From the NCBI GenBank assembly GCA_044341565.1, contig JBIIRM010000005.1, forward strand, positions 882 to 64,881: DNA of 64,000 bases. Reading direction: 5' to 3'. This DNA is from Minisyncoccia bacterium (lineage in GTDB: Bacteria > Patescibacteriota > Minisyncoccia > SW-4-49-11). Below are positions 36,626 to 47,380 of this stretch, piece by piece. Both the position numbers and the translations under genes were made by a program. Positions within the stretch are counted from its first letter, which is position 1; every line of letters begins with the position of its first letter. The notes beneath the pieces are model-generated. The model saw only the letters and a list, made by a program, of their open reading frames with translations, was not told the DNA's origin and did no database searches.

Positions 36626-38353
36626 TTATGTGGTTTGTTGACTTTGCCAAATTTGTCTATATTCAATAGAGGACTTCAATAATTCTGTATGTGTACCTGT
36701 AGCAAGAAGTTCCCCTTCCATAATCACAATGATTTGATCATAATCTTGAATTGGTTCAATTTTTTGAGTAATGGATATAAGAGTAATATCTGGATAATTG
36801 GTAAACAATGAAGCAATTATTTCTTTTTCTGTCTTTAGGTCTACTCTTGCTGTAAAATCATCCAATAAGAGTATTTTTGGACTTCTTACAAGGGCGCGAG
36901 CTAGCATTATACGTTGTTTTTGTCCTCCTGAGAGATTGGTTCCACGCTCACTGATTTGCGTCGCAAGCTTATTAGGAAGATTCTCTATAATTTCAGAAAC
37001 ATTGGTAGTATTTAATGCCTTTTGTAGTTCTTCTTCTGATATACTTTGGTTAAATACAATATTATCAGTAAGCGAAGAATTAAACAAAATACTTTCTTGA
37101 AATACTAATCCCATAGTTTTAAATATATATTTAGGATCCCATTGATTAAGCGGAATATCATCTATTAAAATCTGTCCTCCACTTGGCTGAATAAGACCTG
37201 TGAGAAGAGATAATATGAGGCTTTTACCGGATCCTGTTGGTCCAATTATAGCATTTTTGGTTTGAGAATTAATCGCAAATGAAATATCTTTTAATAATGA
37301 CTTTCCATCAATTTCATAACATACCTTATCAAACACAATATTTCCTTTTACTTCTTGGCGGATTAAGGTTGACTCATCAATAGCTGGGCCTTCGGGAGCT
37401 TGTAATACCTCTTGTATACGAGATAATGATACAAGTCCGCGAGATATAAAGCTACTTACAAATCCCAGTATAAAAATTGGAGTAATCAAAAGATTAAAAT
37501 AGGAAATAAAGGCACTAAATTCTCCCAGAGTTAAATCTACTACCATTACCTGCCTCCCTCCAAACCAAATAATAGATATAATAGCAAAATTTGAAACTAA
37601 ATTAATAGCAGGAATAAGGCTTGCAAACAAATTGGTGATTTTAAATCCAATATCACGCCCTTTTGTATTTACCTCATCAAATTTACCATTTTCATAACTT
37701 TGAGCATTTAATACTCGAATTAGCATAGCCCCAATAACACTTTCATTAATAACTTTATTAATATTACCAAGAATTTCCTGCGCCGCACGGAATAATGAAG
37801 AGATATTCTTAAAAATAAAAACAAATACTCCAATAATAAGTGGTAGTGAGAGTATTGCAATAAAGGCTAATTTTACATTAATACTAAATATTAAAATAAC
37901 ACTTCCAATCAATATAATAATAGCTGAGAATACACTAGCAAATCCCTGGGAAATAATATCTTTAACCTGCTCAGTATCTGATGTAATATTGGTGAATAAA
38001 TCAGAAGATTCACGCTTATTTACAAAACTAATTGGTTGAGATACTATTTTTCGAATTAAATCTGCTCGTAAATCTTTAGCTACTCTCTCTGAGACATATA
38101 CACTAATTATGATTTGTAGGAGAGTAAGAATTAATACCCCGACAGCAATTCCTGCCAAAAGCCATAAATCTCCGGTAATATTATAATTAGCTCCATTTTT
38201 ACTAAAATTATCAATACTAGCTCCTAATATACGTGGAATTAGAAGAGTAGCCCCATTAGATAAAAATAAGAATATAATTAATACTATTGTCCAACCTATA
38301 TATGGCTTGAGAAAAGTAAAATCAATTTTTGGCTTTTGGGGAGCTTGTTTCAT
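36626..38353 (-). CDS. ABC exporter, fused TMD-NBD (degenerate-site subunit)
   Basis: GPTGSGKS, LSGGQKQR, LLLDDFTA. Confidence 0.93.
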   Translation of the reverse strand: MKQAPQKPKIDFTFLKPYIGWTIVLIIFLFLSNGATLLIPRILGASIDNFSKNGANYNITGDLWLLAGIAVGVLILTLLQIIISVYVSERVAKDLRADLIRKIVSQPISFVNKRESSDLFTNITSDTEQVKDIISQGFASVFSAIIILIGSVILIFSINVKLAFIAILSLPLIIGVFVFIFKNISSLFRAAQEILGNINKVINESVIGAMLIRVLNAQSYENGKFDEVNTKGRDIGFKITNLFASLIPAINLVSNFAIISIIWFGGRQVMVVDLTLGEFSAFISYFNLLITPIFILGFVSSFISRGLVSLSRIQEVLQAPEGPAIDESTLIRQEVKGNIVFDKVCYEIDGKSLLKDISFAINSQTKNAIIGPTGSGKSLILSLLTGLIQPSGGQILIDDIPLNQWDPKYIFKTMGLVFQESILFNSSLTDNIVFNQSISEEELQKALNTTNVSEIIENLPNKLATQISERGTNLSGGQKQRIMLARALVRSPKILLLDDFTARVDLKTEKEIIASLFTNYPDITLISITQKIEPIQDYDQIIVIMEGELLATGTHTELLKSSIEYRQIWQSQQTT

Positions 38354-38391
38354 CTATTTAGTATACGCCTATTGTGGTTAAAAATCAAAAA

Positions 38392-40047
38392 CTAACTTCT
38401 ATCAATAAATTCTTCTCTTGAGCTGGCATCTGGTTTTGTAATAGTATTAGGGATAAGTGCTGATAATAATGGTTCACTTTCAGCCCCAAGACGTGCTAAT
38501 TCATAGGCTAAATAGCGATAATTAATATGCCCTCCTGGTCGCACTCGAAGTTGTGTCATATAGCTGATTTCTTTTGGAGAGGCATGAAAAATACTGATAA
38601 AAATATGTCCAAAGGGTAATAATTGCGTCCAGAGATATTGAGGAAACCATGTATATTCACGAGTAAGTGCAACAAAGTCCTGCAATTTGACATAATACCC
38701 TTGTAAATCCTTCTCAAATTCCTCGCGAATAGAGGTGAATACAGGGTTATCAGTGAGATATAATGGTAAGGTATAGCCATTATATAATGATGCCTCATAA
38801 TTCTCAGTGCTAAGAGTTGGAATATATCGTCCCCATGCACGATGACGATTCAAATCTCTAAGCTCGGAATTAGAGCTCATCAGTACAAAGCTATGAGTAT
38901 TTACCCGAAACAAATTACCCATTTGCTTATGATGATTAAAGTCTTTGAATAGTATTTGAGATATAGTTTTTTCCTGCTCTTCTGTGAGTGTTTCAGTCCA
39001 ATCTAGTACTGATTTAACACTTGCATTTGGATATAGGGTAAGAATATTCTGAAAGAGAATTTTAATCCCTGTACTTAAATTAATATCTAATAATTCAACA
39101 TTGAGATTATGATAGCCAATAGTTTCTGATATCTCTAAATATTGCTCTATTTTTAATTCCTCATTAAGATATGTTTTAAGTTCACTAAGATTATTGCGTG
39201 TAATGGTATCTGCCTGAGTATGACGAATTAAATCAGGAGCTTCTGCAGTATAGTTAATTTCCTTTGCATAGGCTTCATCTGGCGCAAATAATACTTCTAA
39301 TTGCTCAGCTAAATATACTAATTCTTGTTCTGCAGAGGCTTTAAACACAGAGATTAATCGAGCCCATTCCCGAGCTGAGGTAATATAGGCAAGAGAAGTT
39401 TTATTCATAAGCCCTGAGGGGAGAAAATATCGGGTAGAGTCAAATACCCGAGCTGTAAGAGCTCCCGTCTCTGATTTATTATTCTCATCAATACCATAGC
39501 CTTTAATATAGGTACTGGTTAATTCAGCCTGCCAATATTTATATTTATCAAGAGCATATTGTTGTAAATCTAAGAGAGATTCATTCACCTTATCATAATT
39601 CTCTGCATCAGAATTAATACCGAGACTATTGAGTCCAAGTGGTTTACTATTCCCAAAATCTTGATATCGAGTTGAGCGCTGTTGCCCACCTCCTACACTG
39701 GTTTCATTAAAGAAAATTGTAGAATAATGATCGGGAATTTGCTCAATATAGGCAAATAGTTGAGCCATATCAGCTACTGAAGAATGGCCATAATTACGAA
39801 ATATATTGGCTAATTTTTCATTGGCATTACTTCCTGCAGCTTGAATTTCTTGGAATAATTCCTCTGCAGATAATGCTGAGCGAGAAAATCTTGCTCCAGC
39901 AAAAGCCATAATAGAGGCTGTTTGCTTACCCGCATTCGGAAGAGCGGTTCTGACAGTGTATCCTGTGCGAGTATCAGTCACTGAGACAATAACTAAATCG
40001 GTTTTATCTGGGTCTGAGACCGTGAATGTAAAATGCTCATATGCCAT
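38392..40047 (-). CDS. thyX: Long (two-domain) FAD-dependent thymidylate synthase-like protein
   Basis: ARFSRS, YGHSSVAD, STRYQ, DLNRHR, QLRVRPGGHINYR; directly after dcd; likely start MAYEHF. Confidence 0.8.
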   Translation of the reverse strand: MAYEHFTFTVSDPDKTDLVIVSVTDTRTGYTVRTALPNAGKQTASIMAFAGARFSRSALSAEELFQEIQAAGSNANEKLANIFRNYGHSSVADMAQLFAYIEQIPDHYSTIFFNETSVGGGQQRSTRYQDFGNSKPLGLNSLGINSDAENYDKVNESLLDLQQYALDKYKYWQAELTSTYIKGYGIDENNKSETGALTARVFDSTRYFLPSGLMNKTSLAYITSAREWARLISVFKASAEQELVYLAEQLEVLFAPDEAYAKEINYTAEAPDLIRHTQADTITRNNLSELKTYLNEELKIEQYLEISETIGYHNLNVELLDINLSTGIKILFQNILTLYPNASVKSVLDWTETLTEEQEKTISQILFKDFNHHKQMGNLFRVNTHSFVLMSSNSELRDLNRHRAWGRYIPTLSTENYEASLYNGYTLPLYLTDNPVFTSIREEFEKDLQGYYVKLQDFVALTREYTWFPQYLWTQLLPFGHIFISIFHASPKEISYMTQLRVRPGGHINYRYLAYELARLGAESEPLLSALIPNTITKPDASSREEFIDRS

Positions 40048-40048
40048 A

Positions 40049-40627
40049 TTATTCTTCTTTATTTTCAAAATTTTTATGCATATCACTTGCTTGTACTCCT
40101 CTTGAGTCATAATATTTACTTCCTAGAGAGGCTGATCCATAAGGATTTTGGGCAGGATTTTTGAGCTCATAAAAAGCAATTTGAGCAATTTTCATTTCTG
40201 GATAAAGCCGAATTGGTACCGTATTGGTATTTACAAATTCAAGAGTGGCATTGAGTTTATTCCCGGGGTCAATAAATCCAGCTGTGGTATGTACTATTAA
40301 TCCGTATCGAGCAAGAGAACTTTTTCCCATAATTTGACAGGCATATTTCTCATTACATCCAAAATAATCTTTGGTTACCCCTAATACAAATTGACCTGGA
40401 TGAATTACAAAATACTCTTCCTTATCTGTTAATATAACTTTTTCCATAAATTCATGTACTGATTTCTTGGGGTCAATATATTCAAATTTGTGACTATTAA
40501 AAATCATAAATTCATATCCAAGTAAAACATCATAGCTAGCAGGTTGAAGTCGAGCTTCATCAAAATCATTAATGATAATATCCCCTAATTCGATTCCCTT
40601 CTTCATATCGACATCAGATAATTGCAT
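40049..40627 (-). CDS. dcd: dCTP deaminase
   Basis: LQPASYDV, GKSSLARYGL.VH.TAGFIDPG. Confidence 0.95.
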   Translation of the reverse strand: MQLSDVDMKKGIELGDIIINDFDEARLQPASYDVLLGYEFMIFNSHKFEYIDPKKSVHEFMEKVILTDKEEYFVIHPGQFVLGVTKDYFGCNEKYACQIMGKSSLARYGLIVHTTAGFIDPGNKLNATLEFVNTNTVPIRLYPEMKIAQIAFYELKNPAQNPYGSASLGSKYYDSRGVQASDMHKNFENKEE

Positions 40628-40638
40628 AATGAGATAAA

Positions 40639-41568
40639 TTAAACCTTTAGATACCGATTAATAGCAATAAGAGTACTCCCTACTCCCAAAGCAATTCCGA
40701 CAGCCAATTGCACCCCAATAATTACAAAAGCATTGCTCAGCACATAACTACTTGGTGATTGAGCTCCATCTACAAAGGCGGTAATTGGACCCGAAATAGC
40801 AAGCACCACAATAAAGAGTATTAGAAAGCTAATAAATGTTCCAAATATTCCAAATAATATTCCTTCCACAAAAAATGGCCCCTTAATTTGAGCATCACTA
40901 GCTCCAACCAAACGCATAATTTCAATTTCTTGCCGATAAGAATATAATGTAAGCCGAATAGTATTATAGGTAATTAATACTGCAATAGTAGCAAGTACAA
41001 TGATTACACTAATTCCCACATTGCGAGTGACACTAATAATTTTATTTAATTTATCAATAATTTCTTTTGAGGTTGATTTTTGGAAATCAGTTTCTTGAAT
41101 AACAGTCTCCTTATATTGAGATTCTAGGAGATTATTATTAATTTTCTCATAAAATTTACTATCCTCGGCTTGTATTGCCAAGGTTACCGGGAGAGGATTA
41201 GTGTCTAACACCTGTAATGATTGTAAAATAGAAGGATTGTCCTGATAGGTTTCTTTGAACTTATCTAAAGCTTCTTCTTTGGTTACCAAATCAATTTCTC
41301 TTACCCCCTCAATACCTTTTACATAATTTTGGAACTCATCTATTTGAGTTTGTTCTATCCCATCTTTTAGGTATATACTTATATTTACTTTATTTTGTAC
41401 ACTAGTCAAAGCATCACTACTAATTTGATTAATTACCATAAAAAATCCCAGTCCAAATAGAGTGAGCACCATAATACTAGTTGTAGCAATAGATAAGAAT
41501 AAATTACGTCCAAAATTTTGAAATCCGTATGTAATGCTGCGTATGATATTAGTAAAGAATGAGTCCAT
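40639..41568 (-). CDS. ftsX: Cell division permease FtsX
   Basis: NTIRLTLYSYRQEIEIMRLVGAS..IKGPFFVEG. Confidence 0.95.
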   Translation of the reverse strand: MDSFFTNIIRSITYGFQNFGRNLFLSIATTSIMVLTLFGLGFFMVINQISSDALTSVQNKVNISIYLKDGIEQTQIDEFQNYVKGIEGVREIDLVTKEEALDKFKETYQDNPSILQSLQVLDTNPLPVTLAIQAEDSKFYEKINNNLLESQYKETVIQETDFQKSTSKEIIDKLNKIISVTRNVGISVIIVLATIAVLITYNTIRLTLYSYRQEIEIMRLVGASDAQIKGPFFVEGILFGIFGTFISFLILFIVVLAISGPITAFVDGAQSPSSYVLSNAFVIIGVQLAVGIALGVGSTLIAINRYLKV

Positions 41569-41583
41569 AAATTTTATATTGAT

Positions 41584-42270
41584 TTAGATAATATATTTTC
41601 CGTCTAGGCTATCACGAATAATTTTACCTTTATCGAGGCTAATAACACGCTTATTAATACTATTTACCACTTCTTTATTATGTGTTGCAAAAATAATAGT
41701 AGTTTTTAATTGTTCATTAATTTTGAGTAGTAAATTCACAATATCCCAGCTATTAAATACATCGAGATTTCCTGTTGGTTCATCTGCTAATAATACAGCC
41801 GGCTCATTGATAAGAGCCCTCGCTATCGCTATTCTTTGTCTTTCTCCTCCTGATAATTGATTAGGGAATTTATTAGCCTTAGCTCCCATACCTACAATAT
41901 TCAAAAATCGTGGAACTTTGCGACCAATTTCAACACTATCTTTACCTAGAATTTCCATCGCAAAAGCAATATTTTCAAAAGCAGTTTTTTGGGCTAATAA
42001 TTTAAAATCTTGAAAAATAATACCGAGAGAACGTCTATGTTTTGGCAAATCTTTATATCTCAAATCATTAATACGGGTTTTTCCTAAATACACCTCTCCT
42101 TTATCTGGTCTCTGCTCACCTGTAATCAGTTTCATCAGAGTGGACTTACCAGCACCACTTTGCCCAACAAGTACTACAAATTCTCCATCTTCTATCTTGA
42201 GATTAATATTTTCAATTGCAAAGGCTTCCTCTTCGCCATATTTTTTGGTTACATTTTTGAATAAAATCAT
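41584..42270 (-). CDS. ftsE: Cell division ATP-binding protein FtsE
   Basis: GQSGAGKST, IFQDFKLL, LSGGERQR, ADEPTGNLD; upstream of ftsX. Confidence 0.95.
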   Translation of the reverse strand: MILFKNVTKKYGEEEAFAIENINLKIEDGEFVVLVGQSGAGKSTLMKLITGEQRPDKGEVYLGKTRINDLRYKDLPKHRRSLGIIFQDFKLLAQKTAFENIAFAMEILGKDSVEIGRKVPRFLNIVGMGAKANKFPNQLSGGERQRIAIARALINEPAVLLADEPTGNLDVFNSWDIVNLLLKINEQLKTTIIFATHNKEVVNSINKRVISLDKGKIIRDSLDGKYII

Positions 42271-42285
42271 AGAATCTATTAATCT

Positions 42286-43359
42286 TTATTTAGCTATAAG
42301 TACTGATGTAATAATTTCCTCTAAATTCCCCGCCAAAACTCCATCTACATCTGTTGTTTCAAATCCACTACGCTGATCTTTTACTAATTTATAGGGATTC
42401 AATACATATGATCGAATATGATTTCCCCATGAAATAGATATATCTTCGGTATAGTCGGCTTGCTCTTGTTTTCTCTCAGCTTGTTTTAATTCCCATAATT
42501 TAGCTTTGAGAATACTCATTGCCAAGGCTTTATTTTGCAATTGAGAGCGTTCAGTTTGAATTGCTACCACAATATTAGTAGGCATATGCGTTATACGAAC
42601 AGCGGAATCGGTGGTATTAACACTTTGCCCGCCTGCCCCTTGAGAACGATATACATCAATTTTGAGATCACCCGGGCTAATAACAATATCCTGTGAGTGA
42701 ATATCTTCCATTTCTGGCAAGGCTTGCACCATTACAAATGATGTATGCCGGAGGCCCGCTGCATTAAATGGAGATACTCGCACCAGACGATGAACTCCTC
42801 GCTCTTGGCGAAAAATTCCATATGCATATTGACCTTTTATTTGTAGCAAGGAGCGTTTAATTCCAGCCTCTTGGCCTTGTATATATTCTATCACATTCAC
42901 TTCAAAATTTCGAGACTTTGCATATGAAATATACATTTTTGTTATCATTTCAGCAAAATCTTGCGCATCAACCCCTCCCGCTCCGGCTTGTATAAAGACT
43001 AAAGCATTACCAGTATCATACTCAGAATCAAAGAATAAGCTTCTCCAATATTCATTAACAAGATTATTTAGACCTTGTAATTCTTCCTCATATTCAGAAT
43101 TGATTTCTGATATGAGCTGCTCTATAAATTCTATGTTTTCTGGAATATTTTTGATATCTTGTATCTTTTTTTGAGTCTGAGACAAATATTTGAGGATATT
43201 CTGAGCCTCATCTGGATTATCCCATAATTGAGGGTTTTCTGATTTCTGCGTATATTCCTGCAAGTCTTTTTGTAAGTCCTCAAGTTGTATTCCGAGTTCA
43301 ACCTGCTTCCACTTCTCTTTTATTTCACCCAAAAGATTATAGGCTCGCTCCTGAGTCAT
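42286..43359 (-). CDS. prfB: Peptide chain release factor 2 (continuous ORF)
   Basis: HRLVRVSPF (SPF) and GAGGQSVNTTDSAVRITH. Confidence 0.95.
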   Translation of the reverse strand: MTQERAYNLLGEIKEKWKQVELGIQLEDLQKDLQEYTQKSENPQLWDNPDEAQNILKYLSQTQKKIQDIKNIPENIEFIEQLISEINSEYEEELQGLNNLVNEYWRSLFFDSEYDTGNALVFIQAGAGGVDAQDFAEMITKMYISYAKSRNFEVNVIEYIQGQEAGIKRSLLQIKGQYAYGIFRQERGVHRLVRVSPFNAAGLRHTSFVMVQALPEMEDIHSQDIVISPGDLKIDVYRSQGAGGQSVNTTDSAVRITHMPTNIVVAIQTERSQLQNKALAMSILKAKLWELKQAERKQEQADYTEDISISWGNHIRSYVLNPYKLVKDQRSGFETTDVDGVLAGNLEEIITSVLIAK

Positions 43360-43362
43360 TAT

Positions 43363-43602
43363 TTATTTCTTTAAAACACTAGAAAGATGAGGAATTACCC
43401 TACGTGCAAGATGGGTGTCAGCATTAGTATATAAATTATTTTCAATATTGCGACTATATCGACTTAAACTCTCCTCAGTAACAGGCTTATACCTCCCTCC
43501 CATAATATTATAAATAGCATCATGAACTACCTTTTCATCAGGATGTCCCCTATGTATACCCGCACTTTTAGTAACCTCTTTAGCATAATCTTCTGCAATC
43601 AT
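43363..43602 (-). CDS. Hypothetical protein
   Basis: Tightly packed in operon upstream of prfB. Confidence 0.6.
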   Translation of the reverse strand: MIAEDYAKEVTKSAGIHRGHPDEKVVHDAIYNIMGGRYKPVTEESLSRYSRNIENNLYTNADTHLARRVIPHLSSVLKK

Positions 43603-43608
43603 AATATT

Positions 43609-43884
43609 TTATGTTAATTCCTCTTCAATTGCTTTAGCAAGTATTTCTATATCTTGCTCTGATATAATATCTTTTTTATTCTCAAGTAGATGAGCCTTTA
43701 TCTCATTCCATTCTTCTAGAGACACCAAATCTCTATCCTTACCATAGCGATCAAAAGCATCATCAAATACTGCTTTTATATATTCTTTTTTCTGATCACT
43801 ACTAGGTCCAGATGAAAAAAAACCACCACCCTCAAAATAGACTCTTTTTAATATTTCCTCAAATCGATACTTAGATAAATACAT
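43609..43884 (-). CDS. Hypothetical protein
   Basis: Tightly packed in operon upstream of prfB. Confidence 0.6.
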   Translation of the reverse strand: MYLSKYRFEEILKRVYFEGGGFFSSGPSSDQKKEYIKAVFDDAFDRYGKDRDLVSLEEWNEIKAHLLENKKDIISEQDIEILAKAIEEELT

Positions 43885-43981
43885 ATACTAACCCTTTATA
43901 CTCTTATAGTAACATAGATTTAGTGAAATTATAAGTATCTATAAGATAAATACTTATAATTATCTTGAGTTTAATATAATA

Positions 43982-44482
43982 TTATACAGATTTAATTTTT
44001 GATTTTTTGACAATAATTCCATATTCCTCTCTCAGCTCACCTATAGTTCTCTGCATAAAGGCCTCAGTTTCTAATACAGGCCATTTTTTCTTCATTCTCA
44101 AAGAAAGATATAGGCAATATGGGATATACCAAATATGTAAAGTCATGGTGGAAAAAACCTTCCAAAATCCAAGTTTTTTCAGAATATCAAATGGTTCTTT
44201 ACTAATTTCATTATTAGATACCATGGCATAATACTCTTTTAAAGTAAGATTTACACAAAAAAATGTAGTGATTTCTACCCTAAACTCCCCTTTTAAACTT
44301 GTATCGCAACCAAAAACTATATGCATGATATCATGTGATTTCATAGTTTCTTGTTGCAATTGGGTAGTATAATCATTCCACCGAGTAAATATAGGGTTTA
44401 GCTCATAATGTTGCTCCAAAGCGGACTCAAGAGTTAGGGAATTTATAGCCGAGGTATAAAAATTTTGATATGTATTTTTCAT
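43982..44482 (-). CDS. Hypothetical protein with Coq4-like HDxxH...E metal motif
   Basis: SHDIMHIVFGCDTSLKGE and C-terminal TIGELREEYGI. Confidence 0.6.
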   Translation of the reverse strand: MKNTYQNFYTSAINSLTLESALEQHYELNPIFTRWNDYTTQLQQETMKSHDIMHIVFGCDTSLKGEFRVEITTFFCVNLTLKEYYAMVSNNEISKEPFDILKKLGFWKVFSTMTLHIWYIPYCLYLSLRMKKKWPVLETEAFMQRTIGELREEYGIIVKKSKIKSV

Positions 44483-44555
44483 ATTGAATGAATTTTATAT
44501 TGTTTTTATTCTAATATATATCTTATATTATATCGCAAAAATAGCTATAATTCAA

Positions 44556-45626
44556 TTATACATTGAATTTAAAATGACATATATCCCCATCCTGGATTAT
44601 ATAGGATTTCCCCTCTTGCCTGAGTTTACCTTGTTGCCTGGCACCAGACTCACCCCCACAATCAATAAAATCCTGATAGGATATAATATCTGCCATAATA
44701 AAACCTCTTTCAATATCTGAGTGAATTACTCCACCAGCCTGAGGAGCTAAAGTTCCTCGCTCTACAGTCCAAGCTCTGGTTTCCTGAGGACCCGTGGTCA
44801 AAAATGATATTAAGTTAAGTAAATCATATCCCGCTCGAATCAATACATCAAGCCCACTGATATCTCGGCCAAGCATATTGAGATACTCTTTTTGCTCTTC
44901 CTCTTCCATTAAACTAATTTCTGATTCAATTTTTATTGATAAAGGGATAATAGATTTACCTAAGTTATTTACTAAATCATCATCTAGGGTATATGTCTCA
45001 TCTGTATTTACTACATAAAGCATTGGCTTAGCGGTAAGAAAACTATATGACTTGATAGCGAATAATTCTTCTACCTCTAGCCCAGCATCTCGAATAGCAG
45101 TTCCTGATTCAATTAGGGGCAGAATTTTTTGTAATATTGGCAATACTTCCAGGGATAAAGCATCTTTTGACTTAGCTTTTTTCTCTACTTGTGGGAGAGC
45201 CTTGGTAATCTGGTCTAAATCAGCCAATAATAGTTCGGTATTAATTATATCAGCGTCCTCCAAAGGATGTATTCTATTCTCTACATGCGTAATGTCATCA
45301 TTATGAAAACTTCTAATAACATGACAAATAGCGTCTACTGATCGGATATTTGCTAAAAAGGCATTCCCAAGCCCCTCTCCTTTAGACGCACCTCTTACTA
45401 GCCCTGCAATATCAATAAATTCTATGGTTGTAGGTAAAACTTTGAGAGACCCAGATATATCGGCCAAAGCCTGAAGCCGGCTATCTGGTACGGGAACCGT
45501 ACCAATATTAGGCTCAATAGTACAAAAAGGATAATTCTCGGCTGAGACTTGTTTTTTGGTTAAGGTTTGGAATAAAGTTGATTTTCCAACATTCGGAAGT
45601 CCTACTATTCCAATAGATAATGACAT
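44556..45626 (-). CDS. ychF: Redox-regulated ATPase YchF
   Basis: GIVGLPNVGKST, NYPFCTIEPN, DIAGLVRGASKGEGLGNAFL. Confidence 0.97.
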   Translation of the reverse strand: MSLSIGIVGLPNVGKSTLFQTLTKKQVSAENYPFCTIEPNIGTVPVPDSRLQALADISGSLKVLPTTIEFIDIAGLVRGASKGEGLGNAFLANIRSVDAICHVIRSFHNDDITHVENRIHPLEDADIINTELLLADLDQITKALPQVEKKAKSKDALSLEVLPILQKILPLIESGTAIRDAGLEVEELFAIKSYSFLTAKPMLYVVNTDETYTLDDDLVNNLGKSIIPLSIKIESEISLMEEEEQKEYLNMLGRDISGLDVLIRAGYDLLNLISFLTTGPQETRAWTVERGTLAPQAGGVIHSDIERGFIMADIISYQDFIDCGGESGARQQGKLRQEGKSYIIQDGDICHFKFNV

Positions 45627-45729
45627 ACTATATATTATTAACTCTTATATAGCCCCCAGTATACTATATATTAAGCTTTTTTACTAGAGATATGATACAA
45701 TATATGTATCTATTTGCTCCTTAACAATT

Positions 45730-46101
45730 GTGACACATTCCTGGATTCCTTCTCTCCCTAAACAGGACTTAGGGGCACCCGATCCCAAAACCATTATCAA
45801 AGAACATCTTTTAGATTTAATCCGTAGGGATTTGACAGAAATCAATACTGATGAGTTTTCATCCATGCTTAAACTCCTTCACATCAATGTTCTCAAGCAA
45901 GTGTTTAATAAATATAGGCTTAGCGAGATTCCGCTGGAGGCAACTGAGTATTCTCGGGTTATATCAGCTCTTCACTATATAAATAATCGACTTCCATCTC
46001 ACTTTGAGGAGTTAGATGGTGACTATAAGGTAATCGATCGGCAATATAGCATTATACAAAGCTATTTAGACTCAATCATACTTCAAATTCCACAACCCTA
46101 A
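45730..46101 (+). CDS. Orphan hypothetical protein
   Basis: GTG-start ORF with its own terminator aaacccc-gcaatca-ggggttt (46100-46123). Confidence 0.55.
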   Translation: MTHSWIPSLPKQDLGAPDPKTIIKEHLLDLIRRDLTEINTDEFSSMLKLLHINVLKQVFNKYRLSEIPLEATEYSRVISALHYINNRLPSHFEELDGDYKVIDRQYSIIQSYLDSIILQIPQP

Positions 46102-46245
46102 ACCCCGCAATCAGGGGTTTTTTCTTTACTATTGCTAAATATCCAATTTTATGCTATAATAACAACAAACTTCGCAAGTTCTTTCAACTTCACAATGTCT
46201 GAGTATCTACAGACAAATGTCCATTTATTAGTATTGTATAGAATA

Positions 46246-46641
46246 ATGTTATACGAAATCACCTATATCCTAAAGCCTGAGCTTACTGATGAGGAGCAAA
46301 TTGCTATCAATTCCGTAGTATCAGAGCAGATCAAATCCCTTGAGGGAAAGCCCAATGAGACCGAAAGAACATTTTCAGCCGAAAGAGGTGGAACTGATGA
46401 GAATAATCTTCGAAAATTTGCTTATCCAATTAAGCATTATAGACAAGGTTATTATTATACAAACACCTTTGAATTAGACCCAAGCAAACTCAATGAACTT
46501 GAAACATCTTTATCTCGAGAAGCTGCTATGCTACGATTCTTAATCGTAAAAGATTTTGTTGAATTAAGCGAAATTCCAGTAGAAGCTATTGCTGAGAAAG
46601 CAAAAGAAGAAACTCCTACTGAAGCTCCTAAAGTTGAATAA
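46246..46641 (+). CDS. rpsF: 30S ribosomal protein S6
   Basis: MLYEITYILKPEL...RKFAYPIKH..QGYY...LRFLIVK. Confidence 0.93.
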   Translation: MLYEITYILKPELTDEEQIAINSVVSEQIKSLEGKPNETERTFSAERGGTDENNLRKFAYPIKHYRQGYYYTNTFELDPSKLNELETSLSREAAMLRFLIVKDFVELSEIPVEAIAEKAKEETPTEAPKVE

Positions 46642-46660
46642 ACATTAATATAATTGCTGT

Positions 46661-47137
46661 ATGTATTTAAATAAAGTCTATCTTATTGGAAATCTTACTC
46701 AAGATCCTGAGTTCAAGGCTTTACCAAGTGGATCATCTGTATCAAGTTTTAGCCTCGCCACCAATCGCACATGGGTTGATAAGCAAGGACAAAAGCAAGA
46801 AACAGCTGAATATCACAATGTAGTAGCTTATGGAAAGCAGGCTGATACTATTAGCCAATATCTCAGAAAAGGTTCTCTTATCCTTGTAGAGGGAAGATTA
46901 CAAACCCGATCATGGGAAGCTCAAGATGGACAAAAAAAATATCGTACAGAAATTATCATTGAGTCATTTCAATTTGGACCAAAAGGATCATCAGGAGCAG
47001 GAGCTGCTTCAAGTCCAGCATCTAGGTCAAGCGCTCCTAAGCCTGCCGCTTCAAAACCAGTCGCTAACATTCAGGAAGAACTTCCTACTGTCAACCTAGA
47101 TGAGGATGAAATCGACTTAGAAGAAATTCCATTTTAA
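46661..47137 (+). CDS. ssb: Single-stranded DNA-binding protein
   Basis: [25 protein letters not shown]-terminal EEIPF. Confidence 0.97.
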   Translation: MYLNKVYLIGNLTQDPEFKALPSGSSVSSFSLATNRTWVDKQGQKQETAEYHNVVAYGKQADTISQYLRKGSLILVEGRLQTRSWEAQDGQKKYRTEIIIESFQFGPKGSSGAGAASSPASRSSAPKPAASKPVANIQEELPTVNLDEDEIDLEEIPF

Positions 47138-47151
47138 TTAATTTACCACGT

Positions 47152-47376
47152 ATGAGAACGAACAATAAGAAGAAAGTCCCTAAGGTATGCTATTTCAGCA
47201 CTAATAATGTTGCAATAGACTATAAGGATGCAGTTACCTTGAAGATGTTTTTAACTCCTCAAGCTAAAATCGTAGCATCACGCCGAACAGGAACTCGAGC
47301 AAATCATCAGAGAAATCTGTCCAAGGCTATGAAAAGAGCTCGATTTTTATCAATTATCCCTTATGTAACCAGATAA
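47152..47376 (+). CDS. rpsR: 30S ribosomal protein S18
   Basis: IDYKD...KIVASRRTG...HQR..KRARFL. Confidence 0.95.
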   Translation: MRTNNKKKVPKVCYFSTNNVAIDYKDAVTLKMFLTPQAKIVASRRTGTRANHQRNLSKAMKRARFLSIIPYVTR

Positions 47377-47380
47377 ATCT

